Positions 1 through 10,741 are shown, counted from the stretch's first letter. The stretch is 64,000 nt of DNA from an uncultured Gammaproteobacteria bacterium (GCA_902553145.1 CACDKD010000007.1:7726-71725); one strand, 5' to 3'. Notes: a model not told the origin generated them from the sequence alone. Translations and numbers: made by a program.

Positions 1-545
1 AAATTTCTGATGAAGCTAAGTCATCTGGAATCAGAACAAATGTTCTTATTGCATGCTCATTTGGCTGTCCTTACGAAGGCGAGGTTGCTCCAGAACACAT
101 CACTGAGATAGCTGAAAAAGTCCTTAAGGGCAATCCTGATATCATTGGTCTAGCTGATAGTGTTGGTGTTGCTGTTCCAAACCAGATAAAAAAAACATTT
201 TCCTTGATTAAGGAGCTGGCTCCCGATTTGCCATTGAGGACACATCTTCACAATACAAGAAACACCGGACTAGCGAATGCTGCTGCTGCTATTGAAGCTG
301 GGGTCACAATTGTTGATGCATCAACAGGCGGTATAGGAGGATGTCCATTTGCACCTAAAGCAACTGGAAATATACCAACGGATGATCTGCTATATATGCT
401 TAACCGTTCTGGCATAGAAACCGGGGTAAATCTTAATCAAGTTGTTGAAAATTCTGAATGGCTAGAATCAGAGCTTGGTAGGGCTGTTCCAGCCATGGTT
501 CCGAAAGCAGGAATTTTTCCAGAAAACGCTGAAATAAACACGTAA
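1..545 (+). CDS. Hydroxymethylglutaryl-CoA lyase family protein (5' end outside window)
   Basis: Frame is open from position 3 (ISDEAKSSGIRTNVLIACSFGCPYEGEV...LADSVG). HLHNT and GGCPFAPKATGN motifs of the DRE-TIM HMG-CoA lyase family. Confidence 0.9.
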   Translation, partial: ISDEAKSSGIRTNVLIACSFGCPYEGEVAPEHITEIAEKVLKGNPDIIGLADSVGVAVPNQIKKTFSLIKELAPDLPLRTHLHNTRNTGLANAAAAIEAGVTIVDASTGGIGGCPFAPKATGNIPTDDLLYMLNRSGIETGVNLNQVVENSEWLESELGRAVPAMVPKAGIFPENAEINT

Positions 546-658
546 AAAAAGTATGATTATTATGGATTTTTTTTTAAGGTAGTATTTCGAAGAAATCAAA
601 TAATAGATCTAACTGAGAAAGAAATTAACTAGTTTAGATTTAAAGAAAAGGAGAAATT

Positions 659-2734
659 ATGAGTTATCGACTTGGAGTTGATGTGGGGGGGACTTTCACT
701 GATCTTCTTCTAATTAATGAAAAAACAGGCACAAAGTGGACTGCTAAAGTTCCAAGCACACCAGAAGACTCATCTATTGGTGTATTCAATGGAATAAATC
801 TGGTTTGTAAAAATGCAAAAATAGATCAATCCAAGATCACCTCTGTGATGCATGGGACAACAGTAGCAACAAATACAATACTGACTGGTACCGGAGCAAA
901 AGTTGGCCTGATCACAACAAAGGGTTATAGGCAGGTCTTGCAAATTGCACGCTCATTTGTTCCTGGTGGTCTTGGCGGTTGGGTAATTTATAATAAAAGC
1001 GAACCATTAGCACCATTATCTCTGACTATGGAAGCTGATGAGAGAATCTCAGCAAGAGGTGAAGTTCTCTCTAAACTTAAAGTCGGTCAATTGACTAAAG
1101 ATATAAAAGCGCTTAAGAAAAAAGGTGTAGAAGCTGTAACAGTATCATTGATCAACTCATTCGCTAATGACAAGCATGAGAAAGAAATAAGAAAAGTCAT
1201 TCGCAAAAAGAAATTGTTGCCAAACATTCCTGTTTCACTCTCATCCGAAGTTGTTCCAGAGATGCAAGAATACGAAAGAACAATTACGACTGTAGCAAAT
1301 TCATATGTAAGACCAAAAGTTGCTGAATATGTCAAAAACTTACAAAACGGCCTTAAGAGAAGAATGAAGAATGTGAAACTCAGAATCCTTAGATCGGATG
1401 GAGGACTAGCATCATCAAAAGCATCGTCTGACTCGCCAGTAAACCTTCTAATGAGTGGTCCTGCTGGTGGTGTATCAGGAGCAATATGGATTGCTAAACA
1501 GGCAGGTTTTGAAAACTTGATGACATTCGATATGGGGGGAACCTCAACTGATGTTTCTTTGGTTAAAAATGGTGTTGCAGAACAGAGTCGAGAAACATCT
1601 GTAGGCGACGTCACTGTCAGAGCTTCATCGGTTGACGTAAGAACAGTTGGAGCAGGAGGAGGTTCCATTGCTCACGTTCCTGAGTTAACTGGTGCCTTAA
1701 GAGTGGGGCCCCAAAGTGCAGGTGCGACTCCAGGGCCAGCATCCTATGATAAAGGAGGCACTGAACCTACAGTAACCGATGCAAACGTAGTTCTTGGGTA
1801 TATTCCTTCAGAACACGTCGCATTAGGAGGCGATAAGGATTGGAAAATCAGAAAAGATCTAGCTGAAGAATCCATTAAACCAGTTGCTAAAGCACTTGGA
1901 TTATCCGTAAAACAAGCTGCAGCTGGAATCATAGATATTGTAAACGAGAATATGTATGGCGCGCTAAGGCTAGTATCGGTAGAAAAAGGTTATGACCCTA
2001 GAGACTTTGCCTTAATTGGCTTTGGTGGTGCCGGGCCACTTCATGCCAATGCTCTTGGAAAATTAACTAACTCATGGCCGGTAATTATTCCTCCTGGACC
2101 AGGAGTTCTATGTGCTTATGGAGATGTCACTACTAATATTCAGGACGAATCATCAATGTCTTTTATCAGAAGATTTTCTCAAACCGATAAAAAGGAAGTC
2201 GTGAAGATTTTTGAGGATCTCGCCAAAAAAGCTTCAAAAACATTGGATGCCGAAGGTGTTTCTAAAAGCAAAAGGACCACATCTTACCAAGTCGATCTAA
2301 GATACTTGGGTCAAGGTTTAACCATTAATGTTGACTTTGATTTATCTGAGCTTAAGAAAAAAGGATTGGATGCCATTGGCGACAAATTCGATGAATTGCA
2401 TGAACAGCTTTTTACATTTTCATTAGAAGAGGAAAAAGAGTTGGTTAACTTAAGAGCTGTCGTTAAAGATCAGGCTTTGTCTCTAAAAGCATCTGCTGTT
2501 AAAAAAGGATCAGCTAAACCATCTAAGGAATCTATTATTAGCGATGACGCAAAAGTTTATATGGATGGTAAAAATCAAAAAGCATCGATATATGATCGTA
2601 AAAAACTAAAATCTGGAAATGTCATTAAAGGTCCAGCCATTGTTATGGAAATGGATTCAACTACTGTAATACTTTCTAAACACAAAGGTAAAGTAGATAA
2701 ATATGGCAATATATTAATTACGCCTCAGGGCTAA
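659..2734 (+). CDS. Hydantoinase A / 5-oxoprolinase family ATP-dependent subunit
   Basis: GVDVGGTFTD, HGTTVATN, SGPAGG, DMGGTSTD and GAGGGS motifs; AGGAG RBS upstream. Confidence 0.92.
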   Translation: MSYRLGVDVGGTFTDLLLINEKTGTKWTAKVPSTPEDSSIGVFNGINLVCKNAKIDQSKITSVMHGTTVATNTILTGTGAKVGLITTKGYRQVLQIARSFVPGGLGGWVIYNKSEPLAPLSLTMEADERISARGEVLSKLKVGQLTKDIKALKKKGVEAVTVSLINSFANDKHEKEIRKVIRKKKLLPNIPVSLSSEVVPEMQEYERTITTVANSYVRPKVAEYVKNLQNGLKRRMKNVKLRILRSDGGLASSKASSDSPVNLLMSGPAGGVSGAIWIAKQAGFENLMTFDMGGTSTDVSLVKNGVAEQSRETSVGDVTVRASSVDVRTVGAGGGSIAHVPELTGALRVGPQSAGATPGPASYDKGGTEPTVTDANVVLGYIPSEHVALGGDKDWKIRKDLAEESIKPVAKALGLSVKQAAAGIIDIVNENMYGALRLVSVEKGYDPRDFALIGFGGAGPLHANALGKLTNSWPVIIPPGPGVLCAYGDVTTNIQDESSMSFIRRFSQTDKKEVVKIFEDLAKKASKTLDAEGVSKSKRTTSYQVDLRYLGQGLTINVDFDLSELKKKGLDAIGDKFDELHEQLFTFSLEEEKELVNLRAVVKDQALSLKASAVKKGSAKPSKESIISDDAKVYMDGKNQKASIYDRKKLKSGNVIKGPAIVMEMDSTTVILSKHKGKVDKYGNILITPQG

Positions 2735-2744
2735 GGGAGTCAAA

Positions 2745-4625
2745 ATGCCTGCAAAAATAATACAAACAAATAATAAAAAGTTTAAAAGGGTTAAATTAGA
2801 CCCAATAACACTTGATGTAATCGAAAACTCGATGTTTTCAGCCAGATGGGAAATGGATGCAGTTCTTTTCAGAACCGCTATGTCTCCGGGCATTCGTGAA
2901 CAAGGGGATGAGTTTCCAATGATTGCCAATTTGGATGGCAAAATGGTTGTTGGGCAGTTTGGTAGTTTTATCCATGGATTTAAAGAAGCTTTTGATGGAA
3001 CAATCGAAGAAGGCGATATGTTCTTAACCAATGACCCTTATTCATGCAACGGTGCGGTAAGTCATGCAAACGATTGGCTTCTTTTAAGACCAATCTTCAA
3101 AGATGGAAGATTGATATCTTATGCAGCAATGTTTGGTCACATGACTGACGTAGGTGGGAAGGTGCCTGGAAGTTTGCCCACCGATGCAACTCAAATTTTT
3201 GAGGAAGGAATCAGAGTTCCCCCAACTAAGATCTATAAAAATGATGAATTACAGGAAGAGATACTGGATATAATTCTGCATAACTGTAGGCTTCCAATTT
3301 GGAATAAAAGTGACTTCAATGCGATCGTCGCTTCCATTAAAACTGCTGAGAAGAGAGTAATTGAAATGGCCACTCGATTCGGTGATGATATTTACTATTC
3401 GGCTCTTGAAGATCTTCTTGATAGAAATAAAAAAGCGATGGGCACTTTAATCCAAAATACAGTTCCCACAGAGAAGCAATATTTTGAAGATTATATCTGT
3501 GATGATGGTCTAGAAATGGGCCCATATCGAATTAAATGTGCCATGTGGAGAGAAGGCAAGAAGGTTATTTTTGACTTCGAAGGAACAGACCCGCAGTCAA
3601 TAAGTTCTGTAAATTTCTTCTTAAATGAAGAAATGTTTAAGATGTTTTGTGGTGTCTACATGATCATGGTTTTTGATCCAGCAATTATGTTCAATGACGG
3701 ATTCTATGATTTGATGGAAGTCAGAATACCAGAGGGCACTCTACTGAAACCTAATTATCCTGCAGCACTGTCTTGCAGAACGCATGCCTTGGGAAGAATT
3801 TTTGACGTTCTTGGTGGGCTTCTAGGTCAAGGAGCACCAGAATTCTTATGCGGTGCTGGTTTCTCCGATAGTCCTCACCTCATGTACTCAGGATATGATA
3901 AGAATGGAGAGTGGTATCAACTCTACATGATTGGTTTTGGTGGTGTTCCAGGAAAACCAATGGGAGATGGTCCTGATGGTCATTCGCTATGGCCAAGCTT
4001 CACCAATGTTCCCAATGAGTTTTTGGAAAGCTATTTTCCATTAGTGATTGAGGAATATTATACGGTTCCAGATAGTGGGGGAGCAGGCTATAACAGGGGC
4101 GGAAATGCTCTTTGTACAACTTATAAGTTCTTAGAGCCTGGAGAAGTATCTATTCATGATGACAGATGGCTAACATACCCTTGGGGTGTAAACGGTGGAC
4201 TGCCTGGTGAAAGAAGCACAAAAACTCTTGTCAGAAAGAATGGTGATACTGAATTGCTTCAGTCCAAGTGCGACAGAATTGCAGTTGAAGAAGGTGACAC
4301 ACTCTACCATGTGACATGGGGCGGCGGCGGTTGCGGCGATCCATTCACAAGAGAACCGGAAAGAGTTCAATTCGACGTTGATGCTGGGCTTGTCACCAGA
4401 GAAGGTGCAAAAGAAAACTATGGTGTAGTCTTAAGAAAAGATTTAAGCATCAACAAAGCAGCCACTGTTAAGCTTCGTGCTGAAAAGAGTAAGGCAAGAG
4501 GAAAAGTTAAATTGTTTGATAAAGGCTTCTCCACAATCAAAGAGCTGAAAGCTAGATGCGAAGATGAAACTGGACTCAAAGCACCGTCTGATCCTAAATT
4601 CCAGAAGTGGATGACTGCCTCATAA
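2745..4625 (+). CDS. Hydantoinase B / 5-oxoprolinase family subunit
   Basis: NDPY, HANDW, HMTDVGGKVPGS, EEGIRVPP and GGGGCGDP motifs; lies 10 nt after the A subunit. Confidence 0.92.
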   Translation: MPAKIIQTNNKKFKRVKLDPITLDVIENSMFSARWEMDAVLFRTAMSPGIREQGDEFPMIANLDGKMVVGQFGSFIHGFKEAFDGTIEEGDMFLTNDPYSCNGAVSHANDWLLLRPIFKDGRLISYAAMFGHMTDVGGKVPGSLPTDATQIFEEGIRVPPTKIYKNDELQEEILDIILHNCRLPIWNKSDFNAIVASIKTAEKRVIEMATRFGDDIYYSALEDLLDRNKKAMGTLIQNTVPTEKQYFEDYICDDGLEMGPYRIKCAMWREGKKVIFDFEGTDPQSISSVNFFLNEEMFKMFCGVYMIMVFDPAIMFNDGFYDLMEVRIPEGTLLKPNYPAALSCRTHALGRIFDVLGGLLGQGAPEFLCGAGFSDSPHLMYSGYDKNGEWYQLYMIGFGGVPGKPMGDGPDGHSLWPSFTNVPNEFLESYFPLVIEEYYTVPDSGGAGYNRGGNALCTTYKFLEPGEVSIHDDRWLTYPWGVNGGLPGERSTKTLVRKNGDTELLQSKCDRIAVEEGDTLYHVTWGGGGCGDPFTREPERVQFDVDAGLVTREGAKENYGVVLRKDLSINKAATVKLRAEKSKARGKVKLFDKGFSTIKELKARCEDETGLKAPSDPKFQKWMTAS

Positions 4626-4661
4626 GTAAGGCTTTAGATCAAAGTAACGCATAATCCACAA

Positions 4662-5489
4662 TCACTCAGAGTGATTGTGGATATGGACATCACTTTGCGG
4701 GTATGGAATTGAAATACCCTCCTGGTCAAATCTTTTCTTAATCTCCTCAAGGAGTGAATAATATACATCGAGATAGTCTGCATTCTTTACCCAAGGCCTG
4801 ACTATAAAGTTAACACTGCTATCAGCCAACTCAGATAGAGCTATTCTTGGCTTAGGCTCACTTAATATTCTTTCATCATTGGATAAAATATCTGCCAACA
4901 CAGATTTGACTTTATCAATATCATCGTCGTAACTGCAGCTGGCTATGATGTCAACTCTCCTTTCTTTCTGATGAGAGAAATTAACAATGCTTCCATTCAT
5001 TATGCTGCCGTTTGGAACAATCACTAGTTTATTATCAGGAGTTTTTAGAACGGTTGAGAATATTTGTATATCAAGGACTGTGCCAAGATGACTGTCTGCT
5101 TGAATATAATCTCCAACTTTATATGGTCGATAGATGACTATCAAAATACCTGCTGCAAAGTTGGAAAGTGAACCCTGAAGTGCCAGACCAATGGCAAGCC
5201 CAGCGGCACCTAGAACAGCAATAATGGATGTTGTCTCAATGCCTAATTGGTTAATTGCTGCAATGAATACCACAATCATCAACAATGTGTTCAAAAGATT
5301 TGTGACAAATATTCTGACCGTGTCTTCTGTTTTAGATCGCTCCAAAGCAGAGTTGATGACTTTTATTAAAATTTTAACTACTTGCCGACCTATGATAAGA
5401 ATACAAAGAGCTATGAATAAACTGATTCCGAAAGTACTCAGTAAATCAGAAAGTTGATTCCAAAGATTTCCATCTAAATTAAATTCCAT
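4662..5489 (-). CDS. mscS: Small-conductance mechanosensitive channel
   Basis: GAAGLAIGLALQGSLSNFAAG TM3 signature; C-terminal IPYPQ. Confidence 0.93.
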   Translation of the reverse strand: MEFNLDGNLWNQLSDLLSTFGISLFIALCILIIGRQVVKILIKVINSALERSKTEDTVRIFVTNLLNTLLMIVVFIAAINQLGIETTSIIAVLGAAGLAIGLALQGSLSNFAAGILIVIYRPYKVGDYIQADSHLGTVLDIQIFSTVLKTPDNKLVIVPNGSIMNGSIVNFSHQKERRVDIIASCSYDDDIDKVKSVLADILSNDERILSEPKPRIALSELADSSVNFIVRPWVKNADYLDVYYSLLEEIKKRFDQEGISIPYPQSDVHIHNHSE

Positions 5490-5494
5490 AATAA

Positions 5495-6076
5495 TTACCT
5501 CGCTTTCTGATGATATCCAGTATTGGGCATTAAATCGATCGCTGATGCCATTCTATTGCTCATATTGTAAAATGATGCAACCGCAGATATATCCCATATG
5601 TCATGCTCATCAAATCCTTCATCTTTTAGGTGCTCTCGATCGGCATCGGTTATCTTGTCTGGGTTTTCAGTGAGTTTCCATGCAAAATCCAACATTGCAA
5701 GATGTCTATTGCTTAGATCAGCTGCCCTGTAATTCATAACCAAAAGCTCGCCTAAGATTGGGTCTTTGGATATTTTTCTCACAGCTGCACTGTGCGAAAC
5801 CATGCAGTAATAGCAACGGTTATGGGAAGATACAACCACGGCAATCATTTCTCTTTCAAGTTTCGATAAACCTGAATCTCCATGCATCAAATGATTGTAG
5901 AACCCCATAAAATGATCGAGTTTGGTCTCGTCATGTGCATATGCCAATAAAACATTGGGAACAAAGCCTAGGCTATCCTCGCATTGTTTGAAGTAATCTT
6001 GAGTTTCTTTCTTTAGCTTTCCTATTTCAATATTGTCTGTAATTTTCAATGCTGAAATATGATTTGGTTGAGACAT
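5495..6076 (-). CDS. AhpD/CMD-family peroxidase-related enzyme
   Basis: EREMIAVVVSSHNRCYYCMVSH (CxxC-xxxH) and NMSNR motifs. Confidence 0.85.
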   Translation of the reverse strand: MSQPNHISALKITDNIEIGKLKKETQDYFKQCEDSLGFVPNVLLAYAHDETKLDHFMGFYNHLMHGDSGLSKLEREMIAVVVSSHNRCYYCMVSHSAAVRKISKDPILGELLVMNYRAADLSNRHLAMLDFAWKLTENPDKITDADREHLKDEGFDEHDIWDISAVASFYNMSNRMASAIDLMPNTGYHQKAR

Positions 6077-6152
6077 TGCTTTTCCTTTGTTAACTATGAT
6101 TTCTAATTATTGATATTATTATACTGATAGCAATTGCTCAAAGGAGAATATC

Positions 6153-6863
6153 ATGCCAACTGTTTTAGTCACTGGAGCCAACAGAGGATTGGGGTTTGAA
6201 CACGTAAAGCAATACGCAGAGAAAGGGTGGAATGTCATTGCCTGTGCAAGAAATCCTGAGAAAGCTGATGATTTACAAGCCCTAAAGAATAAATACGAAG
6301 AACATTTTACTATTGAGCAACTAGAGGTTATTGATCATCCAAGAATAGAGGATTTGGCAGAAAAATATAAAGGCACTCCGATTGATATACTTTTAAATAA
6401 TGCAGGAACCACCGGTCCCATGGGAGTGCCTGGTGCAATGGAGTATCAGAAAATAGATAGCATGGATTATCAAATATGGAGAGATATTCTTGAGGTGAAC
6501 CTGTTGTCTCCATTTAAAATAGCAACTGCTTTTAAAGAACATGTTTCTAAAAGTGAAAAAAAGATTCTTGTGATGATGTCTAGTGACCTAGGCTCTGTTG
6601 AACAAAATAACTTTGGAGGATTTTATTCTTATCGTGCAAGCAAATCGGCTTTAAATATCATCTCGAAAGGGATGTCTGTTGATTGGAAAGATATCACTGT
6701 GATTGCTTTAGCGCCTGGGTGGTGTAGGACTTATTTGGGAGGAGCTGAAGCAGACGTTGATCCTGCTGAAAGTGTTGCCGAACAACAAATCATGTTCGAG
6801 TCAATCAAGCTTGATGACAGTGGTAAATTTTTAGATCGATTTGGTAACCAAGTTCCTTGGTAA
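6153..6863 (+). CDS. Short-chain dehydrogenase/reductase (CsgA/C-factor-like)
   Basis: TGANRGLG, NNAG, YRASK, PGWCRT and C-terminal VPW motifs. Confidence 0.88.
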   Translation: MPTVLVTGANRGLGFEHVKQYAEKGWNVIACARNPEKADDLQALKNKYEEHFTIEQLEVIDHPRIEDLAEKYKGTPIDILLNNAGTTGPMGVPGAMEYQKIDSMDYQIWRDILEVNLLSPFKIATAFKEHVSKSEKKILVMMSSDLGSVEQNNFGGFYSYRASKSALNIISKGMSVDWKDITVIALAPGWCRTYLGGAEADVDPAESVAEQQIMFESIKLDDSGKFLDRFGNQVPW

Positions 6864-6864
6864 A

Positions 6865-8370
6865 TCAATACATGACTGTTGTGGCTTTTGTTTTCAAGTA
6901 GGAATCCAATCCTTCTTCTCCAAACTCTCTTCCCCAACCGGATTGCTTATTCCCCCCAAACGGGATCGCGGAATCTACTGCAGCATGACAATTGATACTG
7001 ACTTGACCGGAATCGATTAGAGCAGCCATTTTATGACCGGTCGAGATATCCTTGGTCCAAACGCTTCCGGATAAACCATATGTCGTCTCATTGGCTCTAT
7101 TTGCAATCTCTTCAAGTGATTCATTGCCAAATTTCTCAATGCATAAAACGGGGCCAAAAATCTCTTCTCTGGCTATTGTCATTTCACCAGTAACATCGGT
7201 AAAAATTGTTGGTTGAATGAAAAACCCTTCATCATTGACTTCATTGCCGCCACAAATAAGTGTGGCGCCTTCAGAAATTCCCTGCTTGATATACTTCATG
7301 ACTCGTTTTCTCTGTTCTTCCGAAATCAATGGTCCGAAATCATTTGTTTGAATAAGTCCGTGACCAATTTGAAACGACTCGGCCATAGCCTTTACGCCGT
7401 TAACTAGTTCATCATGAATATCTTCATGAACAAACACTCTCGTACCTGCCATGCAATTTTGACCTTGGAGAAAGAAGCAAGCTCTAGCTACTCCGGGAAT
7501 TGTTTTTTCTAGTTCTGCATCATCAAAAACAATAACCGGACTTTTACCGCCCAATTCAAGCGTGACTTTTTTTAAATTACCAACGGATGATGACACAATT
7601 TTTTTTCCAACTTCGGTTGAACCTGTAAAGGTAATTTTATCAACATCCTTGTGTTTTGAGAGCGCATCACCTGCCGTTTCACCAAATCCAGTGACAATAT
7701 TGACAACACCTTTTGGTATGCCTGATTTCTCAATCAAATGACCAAGATATAACGTTGTCAATGGGGTCAGCTCAGCTGGCTTAAGCACAAGAGTGCAACC
7801 AGCTGCAAGTGCAGGAGCGAGCTTTAAGATCGCAAAAATCAGCGGTGAATTCCAAGGAACGATTGCACCTACGACCCCAATGGGCTCTCTTTTAGTATAG
7901 GTCAAAGAGTCCCCATTCATTGCGCCACCTGGTGAGACTGGAATTGTTTTTCCATGAATTTTAGGTGCCCAACTTGCATAGTATCTTAAGAGTGTTACTC
8001 CGTGACTAGCAATGGAATATTGTGCAAGCTCCATGGGCATTCCGTTGTCTAAGACTTCCAGCTCTGAAAGGACTGAAAAATTTGCTTCTATTTCATCGGA
8101 TAATCGATGGAGAATTTGAGCTCTATCATGCGATGGAATTTTAGACCATTCTCCAGACAAAGCATCTCTTGCAGCCTTGACCGCTGAATCAATATCGTCA
8201 ATTCCTCCAGATTGAACGTCTGCTATTTTCTTCTCTGTGGCTGGATCGATAACGGGGATTAAATCTCCAGAAGATGACTTGACCCAATCACCATTGATAA
8301 ATAGAAGATGCTCTGAGTCTAAAAAGCTTCTAGTCTCTTCACTTATCGTAAATTCTTGTTTATTGCTCAT
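6865..8370 (-). CDS. NAD-dependent aldehyde dehydrogenase (phenylacetaldehyde DH-like)
   Basis: PWNSP, FTGSTEVG, LELGGKSP, GQNCMAG and EEIFGPV motifs. Confidence 0.93.
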   Translation of the reverse strand: MSNKQEFTISEETRSFLDSEHLLFINGDWVKSSSGDLIPVIDPATEKKIADVQSGGIDDIDSAVKAARDALSGEWSKIPSHDRAQILHRLSDEIEANFSVLSELEVLDNGMPMELAQYSIASHGVTLLRYYASWAPKIHGKTIPVSPGGAMNGDSLTYTKREPIGVVGAIVPWNSPLIFAILKLAPALAAGCTLVLKPAELTPLTTLYLGHLIEKSGIPKGVVNIVTGFGETAGDALSKHKDVDKITFTGSTEVGKKIVSSSVGNLKKVTLELGGKSPVIVFDDAELEKTIPGVARACFFLQGQNCMAGTRVFVHEDIHDELVNGVKAMAESFQIGHGLIQTNDFGPLISEEQRKRVMKYIKQGISEGATLICGGNEVNDEGFFIQPTIFTDVTGEMTIAREEIFGPVLCIEKFGNESLEEIANRANETTYGLSGSVWTKDISTGHKMAALIDSGQVSINCHAAVDSAIPFGGNKQSGWGREFGEEGLDSYLKTKATTVMY

Positions 8371-8442
8371 AATGTATGGTTTGGAATAAAATCGCTTATC
8401 AGGATAGTTTACAATGATTTATCATTATTCAAAGACAAAATC

Positions 8443-8940
8443 ATGAAGCTGACTTTAAGATACTTGGATATTATTGAAAGGAATGTCACATTCCTTGCAT
8501 TCACTGTATTGGTCATTGTCATGTTCAGCGATGTTGCTTTCAGAGAAATTACTGGAACAGGTTTGCATTGGTCAAGACAAGTTGGTGTTTACGCAAACCT
8601 ATTTGTTGTGATGTTTGGTTTAGGCGTTGCATCCTCTGAAGCGGCCCATCTTAGACCAAAGTTTGCTGACAATTGGTTACCTAAGTCACTTGATCCTATA
8701 CTCAATAGAATCCAAGAGGGTTTGATGTTTATCTTTTGTCTAATTTTTGCATTAATAGCTTTCCAAGTGGTCGTTGAAACCTTCAGGGATGATGTTCAAT
8801 CAATGGTTTTAAGGATAGCTGTTTGGCCTTTTCAGATGATTATTCCAACCGCATTCTTTTTAACATCAATCAGGCACCTTATTTATACGATTAATCCGAG
8901 TTTAAGGCCAGGGGAGGTCGTCAGTAGAGGCGCAGAATAA
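8443..8940 (+). CDS. dctQ: TRAP transporter small permease (DctQ family)
   Basis: Four TM segments, immediately upstream of DctM. Start set at ATG 8443 because the longer ORF overlaps the divergent ALDH start. Confidence 0.8.
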   Translation: MKLTLRYLDIIERNVTFLAFTVLVIVMFSDVAFREITGTGLHWSRQVGVYANLFVVMFGLGVASSEAAHLRPKFADNWLPKSLDPILNRIQEGLMFIFCLIFALIAFQVVVETFRDDVQSMVLRIAVWPFQMIIPTAFFLTSIRHLIYTINPSLRPGEVVSRGAE

Positions 8941-8944
8941 TGTT

Positions 8945-10207
8945 ATGATTTCTGCTTTATTCTTACCGATTCTAATTTTAGTCTTATTCTTATTAAGACA
9001 GAATCTTATTGTCATTTTAGGAGTAGCAACAGCATATGCATATTGGGCATTTGGTGATGGAGTAATCAGCAATATTGTTGTCGATGCATGGGATGCTGCG
9101 AATAAGGATATTTTGCTATCCATCCCACTTTTTATTTTAGCTGGAAATATTATGTCGAGAGGCGGCATGGCATCAAGACTTATTGATTTGATGACCTCAT
9201 TAACCTCTCCGATACCTGGGGGATTGGCTATTGCTACAATCATGTCTTGTGCAGCTTTTGCTGCAGTTTCTGGATCCGGAACAGTTACTTTACTTGCAAT
9301 TGGGACACTGATGTATCCGGCTTTGATCAAAGCAGGTTATCCAAAAAATTTCGCTCTCGGGGCACTTTGTGCTGCAGGGACTTTAGGGATTGTTGTTCCT
9401 CCAAGCATTCCATTGATTCTATATGGAATAATGACGCAAACCTCTATTGGAGACTTATTCATAGCAGGCATTGGTCCTGCAATATTGTTGACGTCGCTGA
9501 TGCTTACTTATGCTGTGGCCCAAAATTTTTCGCATCGAGAAAGTTCATGGGACTTTGTCTACATTGCAAAGTCACTTCGCAAAGGTATTTGGGCATTATT
9601 GATGCCTCTCATTATTCTCGGAGGTATATATACAGGATATTTTACTGCAACAGAATCGGCCGCTGTGGCCGTTGTTTATGCCTTCATTGTAGAGTCATTG
9701 ATTCATAAAGAAATGAACTGGGATGATTTAAGAGATGTCATTAGGGAGACGACAAAATTGCTTGGATCTCTTTTTCCAGTATTAATGATTGCTTTGAGTT
9801 TGAATGTATTCCTTACTTATGAGGAAGTGCCTCAGAATTTGGTTGCCTGGATGAGCAATAAGATCGACAATCCAGTAACGGCATTGCTAACGATCAATCT
9901 TTTTCTAATTCTTATTGGGTGCCTAATAGACATTGGTTCTGCAATTCTTATTCTCGCACCTATGCTTATGCCAATCGCAGCATCACAAGGAATCGATCCA
10001 ACGCATTTCGGGATCATTATGGTTATGAATCTAGAAATTGGCTATCTCACCCCACCACTCGGACTGAATTTAATCGTTGCAATGGGTGTTTTTAAGGAGA
10101 AGTTTTGGACGATATGTAAAGCCACTATTCCATTTTTAATCATTATGCTGATTGGTCTCATGACTGTATCTTTTGTTCCTGAGATCGCATTATTTATGGT
10201 TGATTAA
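8945..10207 (+). CDS. dctM: TRAP transporter large permease (DctM family)
   Basis: IPLFILAG, GTLGIVVPPSIPLILYG, FTATESA and TPPLGLNL motifs. Confidence 0.93.
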   Translation: MISALFLPILILVLFLLRQNLIVILGVATAYAYWAFGDGVISNIVVDAWDAANKDILLSIPLFILAGNIMSRGGMASRLIDLMTSLTSPIPGGLAIATIMSCAAFAAVSGSGTVTLLAIGTLMYPALIKAGYPKNFALGALCAAGTLGIVVPPSIPLILYGIMTQTSIGDLFIAGIGPAILLTSLMLTYAVAQNFSHRESSWDFVYIAKSLRKGIWALLMPLIILGGIYTGYFTATESAAVAVVYAFIVESLIHKEMNWDDLRDVIRETTKLLGSLFPVLMIALSLNVFLTYEEVPQNLVAWMSNKIDNPVTALLTINLFLILIGCLIDIGSAILILAPMLMPIAASQGIDPTHFGIIMVMNLEIGYLTPPLGLNLIVAMGVFKEKFWTICKATIPFLIIMLIGLMTVSFVPEIALFMVD

Positions 10208-10257
10208 TTTTTTGTGTAATAAAATATGATCTTGCTAAAAATTCTAGGAGAAAAGAA

Positions 10258-10740
10258 ATGAGCATTAATGTCGGAGATACAGTTCCAAATATTAGCTTTA
10301 CAACCATGACAGCTGAAGGTCCAGGACCAATTGGCTATGACGATTTATTTGCTGGAAAAAGAGTTGCTCTATTCTCAGTTCCAGGTGCATTTACTCCAAC
10401 TTGCTCTTTGCAGCACTTACCCGGTTTCATAGAGAAAGCATCTGAACTCACCTCCAAAGGCATCGACACCATTGCGTGCATGGCGGTTAATGATGTCTTT
10501 GTTATGGATGCATGGGGTAAAAGCCAAAATGCTGAGGGCAAAGTACTCATGTTGGCAGATGGCAATGGGGAATTCACATCAGCCATAGGCCTTGAACTTG
10601 ATGCATCAGGTTTTGGGATGGGAACAAGGGCTCAAAGATTCTCATTAGTAATCAATGATGGTGTTGTTGAAATTTTAAATATTGAAGACGGCGGTGAATT
10701 TAGAGTGAGCAGCTGTGACTTCATGATCGATCAGCTATAA
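10258..10740 (+). CDS. Peroxiredoxin, Prx5/redoxin family
   Basis: PGAFTPTCS, VNDVFVM and LADGNGEF motifs. Confidence 0.93.
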   Translation: MSINVGDTVPNISFTTMTAEGPGPIGYDDLFAGKRVALFSVPGAFTPTCSLQHLPGFIEKASELTSKGIDTIACMAVNDVFVMDAWGKSQNAEGKVLMLADGNGEFTSAIGLELDASGFGMGTRAQRFSLVINDGVVEILNIEDGGEFRVSSCDFMIDQL

Positions 10741-10741
10741 A

